Origin: Octopus vulgaris
Taxonomy: Eukaryota
Assembly (NCBI GenBank): GCA_951406725.2
Contig: OX597824.1
Coordinates: 20,088,001 to 20,152,000 of the forward strand
Length of the DNA: 64,000 nt
Direction of reading: 5' to 3'
Position numbers and translations under genes: made by a program. This document shows, piece by piece, positions 30,420 through 44,407 of this stretch (position 1 is the stretch's first letter; each line of letters opens with the position of its first letter). The notes under the pieces are model-generated. The model was not told the origin of the DNA and searched no databases. It saw only the letters and a program-made list of their open reading frames with translations.

Positions 30420-30797
30420 GTGTGGTAAGTAGCTTGGTTCTGGGTTCAGTCCCTCTGCATGGCACCTCGGGCAAGTGTCTTCTACTATAGCCTCGGGCCG
30501 ATCAAAGCTTTGTGAGTGGATTTGGAAGAAGGAAACTGAAAGATACCCGTCATATATATATATATATATGAATATATATATATATGTTTGTGTGTCTGTG
30601 TTTGTCCCTCCCATCATCGCTTGACAACCGATGTTGGCGTGTTTACGTCCGCGTAACTTAGAAGTTCGGCAAAAGACTCCGATAGAATAAGTACTAGGCT
30701 TAAAAAAGAGTAAGTCCTGGGGTCGATTTGTCCGACTAAAGGCGGTGTTCCAGCATGGCCGCAGTCAAATGACTGAAACAAATAAAAGAATAAAAGA
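30420..30797 (+). mobile_element. SINE family A (5' end partly deleted)
   Basis: Matches 194-616. Confidence 0.85.
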
Positions 30798-31899
30798 ATA
30801 TATAGGTATATGCACACACATATACGTATGTGTGCGCGCGTGTGTGTATATGTACGCATATATATGTACTCTCACAAATATACACACACAACACACAAAC
30901 GTGCACACATATACAGACATGAGCAAAATTAAAATATATATTTATAAACCAGGAAATGTATGTATGTATGTATATATGTATGTATATATTTATGTATATA
31001 TTTATGTATGTATATATGTATGTATTTATGTATATATTTATGTATGTATATATGTATGTATTTATGTATGTATGTATGTATGTATGTATGTATGTATGTA
31101 CGTATGTATGTATATGAATTTATTGTTCGTATTTTGGTTGAAGGATAGATTTTTCATAAACGAACCACCTCCATGCATTTTTCATGACAGTTCATCATCA
31201 TTACCATCATCATCATCATCATCATCACCACCACTACCACCACTACTACCACCATCACCACCACCACCGCCACCACCATCATCATCATCATCATGTATTT
31301 CACCTGCTGCTGCTGCTGCTGCTGCTGCCATGACATACGCATTCTTTACATTCCCTCAGCTACCAATTCCTCGTCTTTCTGCCTTCTTTCTTCCTTTCCT
31401 TCCTTCCTCTTCGACCTTTCCTTTCTTTCACCTTTCTTCTTAAATTTTTTTTTCCCTCCCTGAAATTATCATCGTCTTTGCTATCAGTCCATTATTTCTT
31501 CTTGCATTTTATTTCTTTCTTTCATTTATTTATTTATTTATTTATTTATTTAGTCTGTTTAAGAAATTTTACTGGTGGTGGGGTTGGGCTGATGGGTCCT
31601 TTTTTTTATATATATATATATTTCTTAAATCTTTAGTGGTTCTACTTATTGTTGATGTCACACCCCCCCACCCCCGCCTCGCTTTCTCTCCTGTTTCTCC
31701 TTCCTTCCTTCCTTTCTTCCTCAGTTTATACATTCTTGCCACACTGAGCTGGCTAACTCTTAAAAAGAAAAATAAATCTCTTTTTTTTTTTTTTTTTCAA
31801 AAATTGAAAACAAGAAATTTAGTAAAAATGGCAGCAAAAAAATGGATAAAAACCAAGTATTTGCTGGTTGTAGAATCATGGGAATTTGATTCAGTTTAA

Positions 31900-32720
31900 T
31901 TCGCCATTCTTTATTTTCATGTCATTCTTGTGCTTATTCTTATTCTTTTCCTTATTCTTTCTTTCTTTTCCTCTTTCATTTTCATTCTACTTCTTTTTCT
32001 CAACTCTCCTTTTTTTTTAATTCCTAACCTCAATTTTTCTTCACATCTTCGTTCTCTTCTTTATCGTCATACCTTCCTCACTCTCTTTTCTTTCTTTTTC
32101 TCTTTTCTTTCTTTGTTTCTTTCTGTCTTTCTTTCCTTCTTTTTCTGCTCCTCCTCCTCCTTCTTATCGTTTTTATTCTTCACCTTCATCTTCTTTTTCT
32201 TCTTGTTATTCTTATTCTTCGTCAGCGTCATCATAAATCATCCTCTTCTTCTTCATGTTCTTCTTCTCTTCTTTTTTCCTTCTTTTTCCCTTTCCTCCTT
32301 TTCCTCTTCATCTTCTTCTTCTTCTTCTTCTTCTTCTCTTTCTTCTTCTTTCTTCTTTTTTTCTTTCTTTTTCTCTTTCCCCTCCTTTTCCCTCTTCTTC
32401 TTCTTCTTCTTCTTCTTCTTCTTCTCTTTCTTCTTCTTCTCTTCTTTTTTTCTTTCTTTTTCTCTTTCCCCTCCTTTTCCTTCTTCTTCTTCTTCTTCTT
32501 CTTCTTCTTCTTCTTCTTCTTCTTCTTCTTCTTCCTCTTTCTTTCTTTTCACCTTTTCCCCTTCCTCTTCACTCTTCATTTTTCTCTTCTTCATCGTAAT
32601 CTCTTTTATTTTTATTTTAAATTTCAAATAATTTATATTTCTTTTATTTTCGATTTCATTTTGATTTGTATTTTTATTTCAGTTCATTTTATTTTATTTC
32701 ATTTTTGATTTTTCTAAAAT
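31900..32720. repeat. Pyrimidine-rich (CTT)n low-complexity tract
   Basis: Read directly. Confidence 0.9.
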
Positions 32721-32871
32721 CTGAAATCCCCTTTTTGCACTTTTGACCTCTCGTATTTCCCACTCCAACCTGAAAACAAACATATTATAATTAGACACTA
32801 ATTAGATTTTAATTAGATTTTAAACGATACTTTCGTTTTTTTTTTTTCTACATGTATTTTTTCTGTTATAT

Positions 32872-33880
32872 ACTCTTTTATGCTTTTACTTGTTTCAGTC
32901 ATTTGACTTGCGGCCATGCTGGAGCACCACCTTTTTAGTCGAACAAATCGACCCCAGGACTTATTCTTTGTAAGCCTAGTACTTATTCCATCGGTCTCTT
33001 TTGCCGAACCGCTAAGTTACGGGGGTCGTAAACACACCAACATCGGTTGTCAAGCAATGGTTGGAGGGCAAACATAGATTCACAAATACATACATATATA
33101 TATAAAAAAAAGAGAAAATTAAATGACTTCCCAACCACATAGTTCCGAGTTCAGTCCCACTGCATGGGGCCTTGGGTACTGTCTTCTGCTATAGCGTCGG
33201 GCCGACCAAAGCCTTGTGAGTGGATTTGGTAGAGGGAAACTGAAAGAAGCCTGTCGTATATATATACTATACTATACTATACTATACTATACTATACTAA
33301 AGAAGCCCGTCGTATATATATATATATAGGCGCAGGAGTGGCTGTGTGGTAAGTAGCTTGCTAACCAACCACATGGTTCCGGGTTCAATCCCGCTGCGTG
33401 GCATCTTGGGCAAGTGTCTTCTGCTATAGCCTCGGGCCGACCAATGCCTTGTGAGTGGATTTGGTAGACGGAAACTGAAAGAAGCCTGTCGTATATATGT
33501 ATATATATGTGTGTGTGTGTTTGTGTGTCTGTGTTTGTCCCCCTAGCATTGCTTGACAACCGATGCTTGTGTGTTTACGTCCCCGTTACTTAGCGGTTCG
33601 GCAAAAAAGAGACCGATAGAATAAGTACTGGGCTTACAAAGAATAAGTCCCGGGGTCGATTTGCTCGACTAAAGGCGGTGCTCCAGCATGGCCGCAGTCA
33701 AATGACTGAAACAAGTAAAAGAGTAAAAGAATATATATATATATATATACGACGGGCTTCTTTCACTTTCCCTCTACCAAGTCCACTCAGAAAGCTTTGG
33801 TCGGCCCGACGCTATAGCAGAAGACAGCTGTCTAAGGTGCCATGCAGTGGGACTGAACCCGGAACTATGTGGTTGAGAAG
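32872..33880. mobile_element. Cluster of SINE A copies: full plus copy 33329-33730 and three partials in both orientations
   Basis: Matches to the family A consensus seen elsewhere in the window. Confidence 0.85.
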
Positions 33881-33944
33881 TCATTTCATTTTCTCTTTTT
33901 TCTTTTTCTGGATAGAGGAAGATTTGAACTCAGTATCTGCCATT

Positions 33945-33945
33945 G

Positions 33946-34000
<55 letters not shown>

Positions 34001-34102
34001 AACAACCACCACTACTACGACTGCTACTACTACTACAGCCCCCACTACCACGGCTGCTACTACCACTACTACTACTACAGCCATCACTACCACGGATGCT
34101 AT

Positions 34103-34195
<93 letters not shown>

Positions 34196-34364
34196 AGTAC
34201 TGCTATCATTACTACTAGACCACAACAACTACTATCAATGCTACTAGACTGCTGCTTCCACTACTATTACCAACACATTAGTCATAACTATACCACTGCA
34301 GCTATCACTGTAGCTACAACACCACCATTGCATTGATTACTAACCACTACTACTACTATTGCCT

Positions 34365-34406
<42 letters not shown>

Positions 34407-35165
34407 TTACTATTGCTGTTGCTGCTACTACTACTACTACTACTACTACTGCTGCTGCTGCTACTGCTGCTGCTACTGCTGCTGCTACTGCTACTACTGC
34501 TACTACATCCCCAACTGCACCATTGTACCATTACACCTCTGCAGCCAACACAACAATTACTTCTCTCCTACTGAAGAATCCATTTTAGTCACGTGTCACA
34601 ATGGATCGTTTTTTGTTTTTTTTTGCCGCGCAAAACAAGAGAGAGATCAGACTTCGTTCGGAATGGTAATATTTTTAGTGGTGGTGGTGGTGGTGGTGGT
34701 GGTGGTGGTGGTGGTGGTGGTGGTGGTGGTGGTGGTGGGGGTGGTGGTGGTGGTGATAGTGGTGGTGGTGGTGTGGTGTGGTGGTGGTGGTGGTGGTGGT
34801 GGTGGTAGTGGTGGTGGTGATAGTGGTGGTGGTGATAGTGGTGGTGGTGGTGGTGATGGTGGTGGTGGTGGTGGTGGTGGTGATTGTGGTGGTGGTGGTG
34901 GTGGTGGTGGTGGTGATTGTGGTGGTGGTGGTGGTTGTGGTGGTGGTGGTGGTGGTGGTGATAGTGATAGTGGTGGTGGTGGTGGTGGTGATAGTGATAG
35001 TGGTGGTGGTGGTGGTGGTGATAGTGATAGTGGTGGTGGTGGTGGTGGTGGTGGTGTGGTGGTGGTGATGGTGGTGGTGGTGATAGTGGTGGTGGTGGTG
35101 GTGGTGATAGTGATAGTGATTGTGATGATGGTGGTGGTGGTGGTGGTGGTGGTGGTGGTGGTGAT
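33945..35165. repeat. (CTA)n/(CTG)n then (GTG)n microsatellites
   Basis: Read directly. Confidence 0.95.
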
Positions 35166-35354
35166 GGGGTGTTTCTGTCGTTTAGCTTGTGAAGTACTCA
35201 TTTGTCGAACTCTTTTTTTTTATTGTTGTTTTGTTTTGTACTTTTCGTTGTCATGTAAATGTCGAACAAACTGTTAAATAGTCAACGTTTCGCTCTTCTC
35301 CAGCCTCTCGAGTTTATTTTTAAGTGGATCCACTCCAATAATAACTCACACCCC

Positions 35355-35411
<57 letters not shown>

Positions 35412-35569
35412 GTGATTGGTCGTTACCAAACGTAGAAGGTCGTGTACGGCTGTTCTCTCGTCTTCAAGTCTCTTGTCTCCATGCAAAAAGTTCTGGGCAC
35501 CAAAGTTGAGCCGTGAATTCATTGACGGTTCCCCGACCAAATGCTCCGTTAATATTGGCTCTCTTTTTA

Positions 35570-35972
35570 CTCTCTTACTCTTTTACTTGTTTCAGTCATT
35601 TGACTGCGGCCATGCTGGAGCACCGCCTTTTAGTCGAACAAATCGACCCCGGGAACTTATTCTTTTGTAAGCCCCGTACTTATTCTATCGGTCTCTTTTG
35701 CCGAACCGCTAGGTGACGGGGACGTAAACAAACCAGCATCGTTTGTCAAGCAATGCTAGGGGGACAAACACAGACACACAAACACACACACATACATATA
35801 TATATGCATATATACGACAGGCTTCTTTCAGTTTCCGTCTACCAAATCCACTCACAAGGCATTGGTCGGCCCGGGGCTATAGCAGAAGACACTTGCCCAA
35901 GGTGCCACGCAGTGGGACTGAACCCGGAACCATGTGGTTGGTTAGCAAGCCACTTACCACACAGCCACTCCT
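35570..35972 (-). mobile_element. SINE family A, near full length
   Basis: Matches 194-616 reverse complement. Confidence 0.88.
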
Positions 35973-35989
35973 GGCAAATTTTGTCACAA

Positions 35990-36527
35990 AACCACCAATT
36001 TCGGGTGGGGTGGGGTGGGTGGAAAGACGACTACATTGACTCCAGTGCGTAGCTGGTACTTATTTTATCGACCCCGAAATGATGAAAGACAAAGTCGACC
36101 TCGGCGGAATTTGAACTCAGAACGTAGTGATGGGCGAAATATCGTTTAGCATTTCGTCCGACGTGCCACCGATTCCGCCAGCTCGCTAATAATCCTTTCT
36201 ACTATAGACACAAGGCCTGAAACTTTGGGGAAGGGGGCTGGTCGATTACATCAACCCCAGTGATGAACTGGTACTTATTTTATCGACCCCAAAAGGGTGA
36301 AGGGCAAAGTCGACCTCGGTGGCATTTGAACTCAGAACGTAAAGTCGTATTCTGCTAGATCAGCGACTTATATGCTTGGTTAACACTGATTTCAAATTTT
36401 CGCACAAGGCCAGTAATTTCAGGGGATGGGGAAAGCCGATTACATGGCTCAAATGGTACTTATTTTATCGACCCTGAAATGGTGAAAGACAAAGTCGATT
36501 TCAAAAGAATTTGAACTCAGAACGTGA
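35990..36527 (-). mobile_element. Three diverged SINE B copies (alternative tail)
   Basis: Three aaagtcga...gaactcagaacg cores. Confidence 0.78.
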
Positions 36528-36927
36528 TACTTGGTTAATACTGCAAGCAATTTTTGCGCTGTTTTTCGTCCAGGTTTGTAATTTATTCATTTTTAATTCA
36601 TGAAAAAACTGCAATAAGTAAGCAAATGTGGTGAAAACAAAATTATTAACACATGTGAAGGGCTGGAGTTTAAGCTTAAAGGTGGTATTTTTACAGGAAC
36701 ATAATTATCTTTTATCATCTTTCATATTTCACTTTTTCAGGTATTGGACTGTGCCATGCAGTGGCACCGCCTTTAAGGGGTTTTAGTCGAACAAATTGAC
36801 CGTCGTACTTGTGTTTTGTTTGTATTTTTTAAAGTCTAGTCTTTACTCTACCGGTCACTTTTCCAAACAGGTATCTTATGAGGACGTAAACAAACCAACA
36901 TCAATTGTTAAGTGGTATGGAATATAA

Positions 36928-37157
36928 GGCGGCGAGCTGGCAGAAACGTTAGCACGCCGGGCGAAATGCTTAGCGGTATTTCGTCTGCGTTACGTTGTGA
37001 GTTCAAATTCCGCCGAGGTCGACTTTGCCTTTCATCCTTTCGGGGTCGATAAATTAAGTACCAGTTACGCACTGGGGTCGATGTAATCGACTTAATACCT
37101 ATGTCTGTCCTTGTTTGTCCCCTCTGTGTTTAGCCCCTTGTGGGTAATAAAGAAATA
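36928..37157 (+). mobile_element. Full-length SINE family B with 11-bp TSD, nested in an old SINE A
   Basis: ggcggcgagctggcagaaacg...gagttcaaattcc...aataaagaaata; ggtatggaata at 36914-36924 and 37158-37168. Confidence 0.92.
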
Positions 37158-37217
37158 GGTATGGAATAACAAACACACACACACACAAAAAAGCATTTAT
37201 ACACATTTGTATATATA

Positions 37218-37432
37218 TCCTTTCTACTCTAGGCACAAGGCCCGAAATTTTGGGAGAGGGGGCCACTCGATTAGATCGACCCCAGAACGCAACTGGTACT
37301 TAATTTATCGCCTTCGAAAGGATGAAATGTAAAGTCAACCTCGGCGGAATTTGAACTCAGAACGTAAAGACAGACGAAATACCGCTAAGCATTTCGCCCG
37401 GCATGCTAACGATTCTGCTAGTTCGCTACCTT
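37218..37432 (-). mobile_element. SINE family B, alternative tail, full length
   Basis: Same head and core; tail cctttctactctaggcacaaggcccgaaattt. Confidence 0.85.
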
Positions 37433-37445
37433 ACACATATATATA

Positions 37446-38011
37446 TTGGGTTGTCCGGAAAGTTCATGCCTATGTTTAAAGGAAAGAAAAAGGTCAATAA
37501 GTACTTGCCATTACATTTTTAATCAACCAAATATGAACCATTTTGTTGCACAATGCGTCTCCATCTTTCCTTTAACTTTAAAATACCCTCTTCCCAGAAT
37601 CGAGGTGGTCTCATGGCAAAGAATTCATCGAGGTATCTTTTTATGTCATCCAAGAAATCGAAATTTTTACTATTAAGTCTATTCTGCAGAGACCTGAATA
37701 AGTGGAAATCGAAAGGAACAATATCTGGGGAATATGAAGGGTGGTGTAACACATCCCAGCTGAGGTGCAGCAACTTTTGTCTGGTTCCCAAAGCATCAAG
37801 TGCCGAAAATGAATTTTCTTATCTTCCATTTTAAAGGGTTACAGAATTAACACAGGTTATAGGAACATAAACCTTCTTCCACGAAAAGATAGCTTAAACT
37901 GTGCTCTAAATGGAGGTGTAGTCGGATCCTATTTTATGGACTCAACCATGTTCTAAAATAAGTCGAAAGGTAAGCTACTATAAATCGGCAAGAACTTTCC
38001 GGACAACCCAA
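37446..38011 (-). mobile_element. Internally deleted mariner transposon (566 bp)
   Basis: TIRs ttgggttgtccggaaagttc / gaactttccggacaacccaa, TA on both sides; N-terminus MEDKKIHFRHLML joined to C-terminal WDVLHHPSYSPDIVPFDFHLFRSLQN (YSPDLAP-type motif). Confidence 0.95.
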
Positions 38012-38422
38012 TACATGTACAACACGTAATTGAGGAAAAGAGAAGTCAATTGAATGCTATGAGCGTTTTGGCGATCAAACGCTGTTTATTTCATTACAAA
38101 CACATTTATGCAATTTTGTGCAACAAACTTAGAGTTCATTAAGTTCTTCAGATACTCTAATTTAATTCAGAATCAACTTACGAAATGAACTTGCTAATGC
38201 GAGACGAAATTCCACCGCTTTATGGGTGTGTCCATCCGCTCATTGTAAGTGTGTGTGTGTATGTGTATGTGTATGTGTGTGTGTGTGTGCGTGCGTGAGT
38301 GTGTATAATGGTTCTCAAAGCACATCGCAGATAACTATAAACGAACCTGCGATAACCAAACCATTATTCAAAAAAAAAAATATATATATATTTCACGTTC
38401 ACTGGAAAGTTTATAAAATACC

Positions 38423-38655
38423 TATTTCTTTATAGCTCACAAGGGGCTAAACATAGAGGGGACAAACAAGGACAGACATAGGTATTAAGTCGATTACATT
38501 CTACCCCAGTGCGTAACTGGTACTTAATTTATCGACCCCGAAAGGATGAAAGACAAAGTCGACCTCGGCGGAATTTGAACTCAGAACGTAACGACAGACG
38601 AAATACCGCTAAGCATTTCGCTCGGCGTGCTAACGTTTCTGCCAGCTCACCGCCT
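38423..38655 (-). mobile_element. Full-length SINE family B with TSD
   Basis: tttataaaatacc on both flanks (38410-38422 and ~38655-38667). Confidence 0.9.
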
Positions 38656-38895
38656 TTATAAAATACCTTTGCCATCAACATTACAGGGAGATGGATAGGC
38701 CTCACCTTAAGGCCCAGAGTCGAGAACAGTGAAGAAACATCGTCGATGGCCTATGCTTATAGGGAGCGAAGGGCTTACATAATTAACAAAGGGGACCTTA
38801 TTCGTTGATAGTAGTAACCAAAAGCTGAATCTGCTGGAGCATTATGGCAGTATCTTCTAGCGGCTAATCAGCAGCTTTGGCCGACGCTACCTTAA

Positions 38896-39415
38896 CCCAT
38901 TAACTGCCAAATTTTTTCTTTCATATTTTATTGGCTTTGCCAGGTGTCTTAGGAGTTCAAATAATGTATAGTATTTAAATTTTCTTCATATGTGAATTAT
39001 TTTAGAAATTATGATAAAATTTTCGAAAAGTCCCCAATGGGGATCGCTGAAAAAAAAAAGCATGTTTATTTTTTCTGTTCAATTGCAATAATAAACATTT
39101 TAGTTTTTTCGAAACTATAGTACCAAATGTGAATGTATATGAAATATCAGTGAATGATATAGATGGGAAATGCAAAAAAAGAAAAATGTTTTCAAAACAG
39201 TCAATACTTTTGTTGCTCAAAAATTGCGATTTATAACATAAAATGTCCTCTAGAATTGACCAGAGCTAAAAATGACAACTTTTAACTACTAATTATTGTT
39301 AAACACACATCTACAAATGCAATGGGCATAAGCAACTCGTTTTGAATACAACGAACAACTGGCAATGAGACTGTTTTTAGCAGATCTCCAAATGGGGCTG
39401 ATGGAAGGCAATGGG
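38896..39415. mobile_element. Probable piggyBac-type non-autonomous element
   Basis: TTAA|ccc...ggg|TTAA; imperfect TIR cccattaactgcca vs cccattgccttcca. Confidence 0.6.
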
Positions 39416-39898
39416 TTAATAGTCATCCCTGCATGTTTCTAAATGGTCTGGTGGCTATGGTGAAAGAGCTTCTGTAGTGGACATAACAGAAAGGACTAAA
39501 GACAAACACTTCTTTTCAACCAAGCCCTCATTTAATTTTTCAAGTTCCACTCGGAAAGGGAAGTGAGGCTAGAAAGAGAGGTGCTGACCCTCTGTAAATT
39601 CGTAAGGATGTAAATTCCATGATGACGGTGAATAAACTATCGTCTGAATTACGCAGAAATGAAAATAACACTGTCGTCTCATTTTAACAGATATATTTAT
39701 CAAAATTACATAAAAATATCTTGAAGGATGCTTGAGTTTGTTCAACAGCTTCGTAGCGCGGTCTTTCCTCTTGCTCTAGATGGATTGGGATAAAAATTGG
39801 CCCTTTCCTATCTTGTAGGAGGAATATCGAATGCCTTCATGCGCTACCTACCTGATAAGAAACTCCGACACTCCTATGTCCATGGCGATGGACCTCAC

Positions 39899-40260
39899 TT
39901 ACTTGGAGGGATCGCTGTCAATCATTGCCTGGGTCTCACCAACAAATTCAGGAGTTCTTTTCTTATCAGAACGATCAGAATAAGTTTTCCGAGCTGCCGT
40001 ACCTTCGTAATCCCCATTGGACTCATCCGACTCTTTTCGAATCCTCTGCACTGTCCTCAGATTGACATCCAAACACTCTGAAAAGTTTGTATTGGAGCTT
40101 CCAGCGCGAATGCCAAGCAGTACAGAATGTCGTTTCCAAATTTCTGGCAGAGTGAATTGCGTCATGGTGCTGTTTTTCTCACAGATGGTGCCCAGCTGAC
40201 CCTACTATACTATGTAGTCGACAAAATCAAAAACAAACAATGCGCGAAATTGAAAATATA
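39899..40260 (-). mobile_element. Tc1/mariner (maT/DD37D-like) transposase N-terminal HTH fragment
   Basis: ORF 39899..40165: KRHSVLLGIRAG...LDVNLRTVQRIRK...RTPEFVGETQAMIDSDPSK; subfamily call is from recollection only. Confidence 0.65.
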
Positions 40261-41399
40261 ATACCCATCGCACCAGGTATGTATCTAAATTATGTACGAC
40301 TCTTACTCTGTCTTTTATTGTCCCCTCTCATTTTTCTTCCTTTTTCTCGTTCTCCCTCCCTAACATTTCTTGGCCCTCTCTTTCTTTAACTCCCACTATT
40401 TCCCACTCGTTTATCTCCCCTTTACCTTTCTCTTTGTCTCTGATTTTTTCTAATCTTCCAATCCCGCTGCTCCTCCTTCCACGTGACCGGTGTCCGGCCA
40501 GCCATGATCTTCATTTCTTGGCCTGACTGCCGACCGCCAACACCTCTTGTGTCCATCTCCTATGTTCCTGCCTTTAGGCTTTCACTTCATACACGCCAGC
40601 TCAATTTGATTCGTTCTCAGTCGAAAGACACCTGTTGTTTGTATTCGTAATAGTGTACCATCTTCTCCGTTTATTTGGTTGTTTCTTTTTGTGCGTCTTT
40701 GTTGCCGTACACATTCGCTAGCTTTCTTACAAAGGGGTCTAATGCTCTTAGCTTAGATTTGGGGTGGGGAACCAGATCAAACCATCTCAAGTGTACCTGC
40801 CCGAAATGGTCGTGACTTCTGGAAGTTGACTGAGGAAAGAAAGCCACGAATGACCCGTATTTTTTGCCTGTCCTTCTAATTGTTGTTTCTCTTGTCCGCC
40901 TTTGTATCGTCTATCTGTCCGAATGATCTAATGTCCTCTATTGCGTTTTTGTTCCATATATTTTTCTTCTTCTTCTTCTTCTTCTTCTTCTTCTTCTTCT
41001 TCTTCTTCTTCTTCTTCTTCTTCTTCTTCTTCTTCTTCTTCTTCTTCTTCTTCCTCCTCCTCTTCTTCTTCTTCTTCTTCTTCTTCTTTCTTCTTCTTCT
41101 TCTTCTTCTTCTTCTTCTTCTTCTTCTTCTTCTTCTTCCCTACCAAGAATTCACAACGACCTCGAACCCACAAGAGTAAACAAGAGAGACAGAGACAGGC
41201 AGAAACAAGGAAAACGCCACTTGTATTTGAATACTATGCAAATATTCTTTTAAAAAACTTTTTCTTTTAATTTTTCCAAAATTTAATTATTTAATTGTTA
41301 CAATTGAAAAAGTCTCAATGACTGAAACCGGTACTGAAATGTTTTTTGTAAAATTATTTCAGCATTTTCTATCTTGACTATTTTTTTACACACACACAC

Positions 41400-41436
<37 letters not shown>

Positions 41437-41543
41437 AGTAGAGGCATTTGAAAGATACATCCGAACTTAATAGGTTGTACTTTTTGCATACGGGACTCCG
41501 GTATCGTTTTTCATCTAGTACAGCATATTATGCTCATAACAAA

Positions 41544-41605
41544 CTGCGCTGACGAAGCTACAGATATCCTTGTGATATTAATAGCTGAAACCGTTCGGTA
41601 CGCAG
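41544..41605 (+). ncRNA. Complete type I hammerhead ribozyme
   Basis: ctgcg CUGACGA agcta..gatatc-cttgt-gatatt..tagct GAA acc-gttc-ggU A cgcag: all core bases, three stems, GUA triplet. Confidence 0.82.
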
Positions 41606-41765
41606 GTGATTATTCCATTTCGTATATTTCTTTTGTCTTATCTATTGCTTTAGGTCGTGCTGAATTTTATTTTATTTGAGAACAAAATATTTGTGGAGAA
41701 TGGCGATTTGACGTCTATATCTAGCATGTTGACTGTTCACTTTTTCGTGTTCAGTCCTTAATTGG

Positions 41766-41947
<182 letters not shown>

Positions 41948-42415
41948 CATGTATGTGCACATATGTACTTACAGAGAAATGAATGTATACTCGTACATCA
42001 TTACTAAACTTTCTACACCGTCATATTCCTTCTTCTGTAATCAATAAGATTTTCACCGTTTCTTTATATTGTAATATCCTTGACGTGGAAATTGAGACTC
42101 TCTACGTAACACTAATTATATTGTTTATCGACCAAGCTTGTCACTTGCCAATAAAACTAATTTATGGCCAAGTAAAGAATATGTTTTCTCCTTCTGTGAT
42201 TATAAGAGAATAAAACCAACATATCAGTTCTTCTTTTGTTCGAATTTATATTTTCTCCGTGATATTAAATATGAGGAGGACGTGTTTTATTATAGAGTTC
42301 TTGATATATACTGTACGAATAAAAGACAAGATAATTACAACTAGTGTATCTTTGATCATAAGCTCGTTGGATCAGGTATAATCTGGGGTTAAATAGTACA
42401 ATAGAACTGTTTGAT

Positions 42416-43286
42416 TACTCTTTTACTCTTTTACTTGTTTCAGTCATTTGTCTGCGGCCATGCTGGAGCACCGCCTTTAGTCGAGCAAATCGACCCCGGG
42501 ACTTATTCTTTTGTAAGCCCAGTACTTATTCTATCGGTCTCTTTTTGCCGAACCGCTAGGTGACGATGACGTAAACACACCAGCATCGGTTGTCAAGCAA
42601 TGCTAGGGGGATAAACAAGGACACATATACATATATATACATATATACGACAGGCTTCTTTCAGTTTCCGTCTACCAAATCTACTCACAAGGCATTGGTC
42701 GGCCCGGAGCTATAGCAGAAGACACTTGCCCAAGATGCCACGCAGTGGGACTGAACCCGGAACCATGTGGTTGGTTTGCAAGCTACTTACCACACAGTCA
42801 CTCCTGATTATGAATGTTTTTTTTTTAAATATTGCACTGTTAAGTTTTCTAAAGTTGTTGAATCTATTTTTTTTAATTATACGATTAAACTTGTTTCAGT
42901 CAGTTGACTGCGGCCATGCTGGAGCACCGCCTTTAGTCGAGCAACTCGACCCCGGGACTTATTCTTTTGTAAGCCCAGTACTTATTCTATCGGTCTCTAT
43001 TGCCGAACCGCTAAGTAACGGGGACGTAAACACACCAGCATCGGTTGTCAAGCAATGCTAGGGGGACAAACACAGACACACAAACATACACGCACACATA
43101 TATATATATATATACATATATACGACGGGCTTCTTTCAGTTTCCGTCTACCAAATCCACTCACAAGGCTTTGGTCGACCCGAGGCTATAGTAGAAGACAC
43201 TTGCCCAAGGTGCCACGCAGTGGGATTGAACCCGGAACCATGTGGTTGGTAAGCAAGCTACTTACCACACAGCCACTCCTGCGCCT
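42416..43286 (-). mobile_element. Two SINE family A copies (42416-42805, 42890-43286)
   Basis: Both match the family A reverse complement. Confidence 0.88.
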
Positions 43287-43364
43287 ATGTTAAATATTAT
43301 AAGCTCTCATTCCCATGTTTGGATAAAAAAAACTAACAAATTAACAGTATGTATGTATATGTAT

Positions 43365-43682
43365 GTGGAGGCGCAATGGCCCAGTGGTTAGGGCAGCGGA
43401 CTCGTGGTCGGAGGATCGCGGTTTCGATTCCCAGACAGGGCGTTATGTGTGTTTATTGAGCGAAAACACCTAAAAGCTCCACGAGGCTTCGGCAGGGGGT
43501 AGTGGCGACCCCTGTTGTACTCTTTCGCCACACAACTTTCTCTCACTCTCTCTTCCTGTTTCTTGAGTAACGCTGCGATGGATTGGCGTCCCGTCCAGGT
43601 GGGGGGAAAACACATACGCCACAGAAACCGGGAAACCGGGCCCATGAGCTTGGCTAGGCTTGAAAAGGGCGACGTCTATCGT
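43365..43682 (+). mobile_element. SINE family C with V-domain-like tail
   Basis: C head plus ctgcgatggattggcgtcccgtccagg. Confidence 0.85.
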
Positions 43683-43688
43683 TACGTT

Positions 43689-43755
<67 letters not shown>

Positions 43756-43817
43756 TCCATACATATATGTATCTATGTTTGTATGTATGTGTGTGTGTGG
43801 GTGTGTATACATACATA

Positions 43818-44193
43818 GCCACTCATAATAAAAAAGGAGTACTGGTCGAATGTGAAAGCCTCAATAAAAGGTAAGCACAACAGAGCTGATACAATGATTT
43901 AGGATACAGATGAGAAACTGTGTACAGTTCTGGAAGACAATTACCCATCATATGTTAACATAAAGCTGAAGATCAGTGAAAAAGAGAACACCTACGCTGA
44001 ACTATTAAGAAATCTGCAGTTACTGTATCCAGACTACAAGTTCATGTTTATACCTGTAATTATTGGGGCCCTGGGATGTGTAACACACTGCCTAAATATC
44101 AATCTTGAGAAATTAGGCTTCTCGAAACTACAGATCCAATCCATCACTGGAACTGTAAAAATCTGTAAAACTTTCCAGAGGTTTGTCATTTAA
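43818..44193 (+). pseudogene. 3' fragment of an RLE-type non-LTR retrotransposon (R4/NeSL-like endonuclease region); not in the ORF track
   Basis: Manual translation from 43921: CTVLEDNYPSYVNIKLKISEKENTYAELLRNLQLLYPDYKFMFIPVIIGALG...SITGTVKICKTF; upstream KHNRAD resembles the RPD motif. Confidence 0.75.
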
Positions 44194-44194
44194 A

Positions 44195-44278
<84 letters not shown>

Positions 44279-44407
44279 TTCAGGATAATTTAGATTCAGT
44301 TGAATATGTTACTTAAGTTAAAGGCACCGGAATTTAGTATGGTATTATCCATATAATTCAAAATGGGGGATTACAATCAAAATAAGCAACGAGCATATCC
44401 AGAGGTA

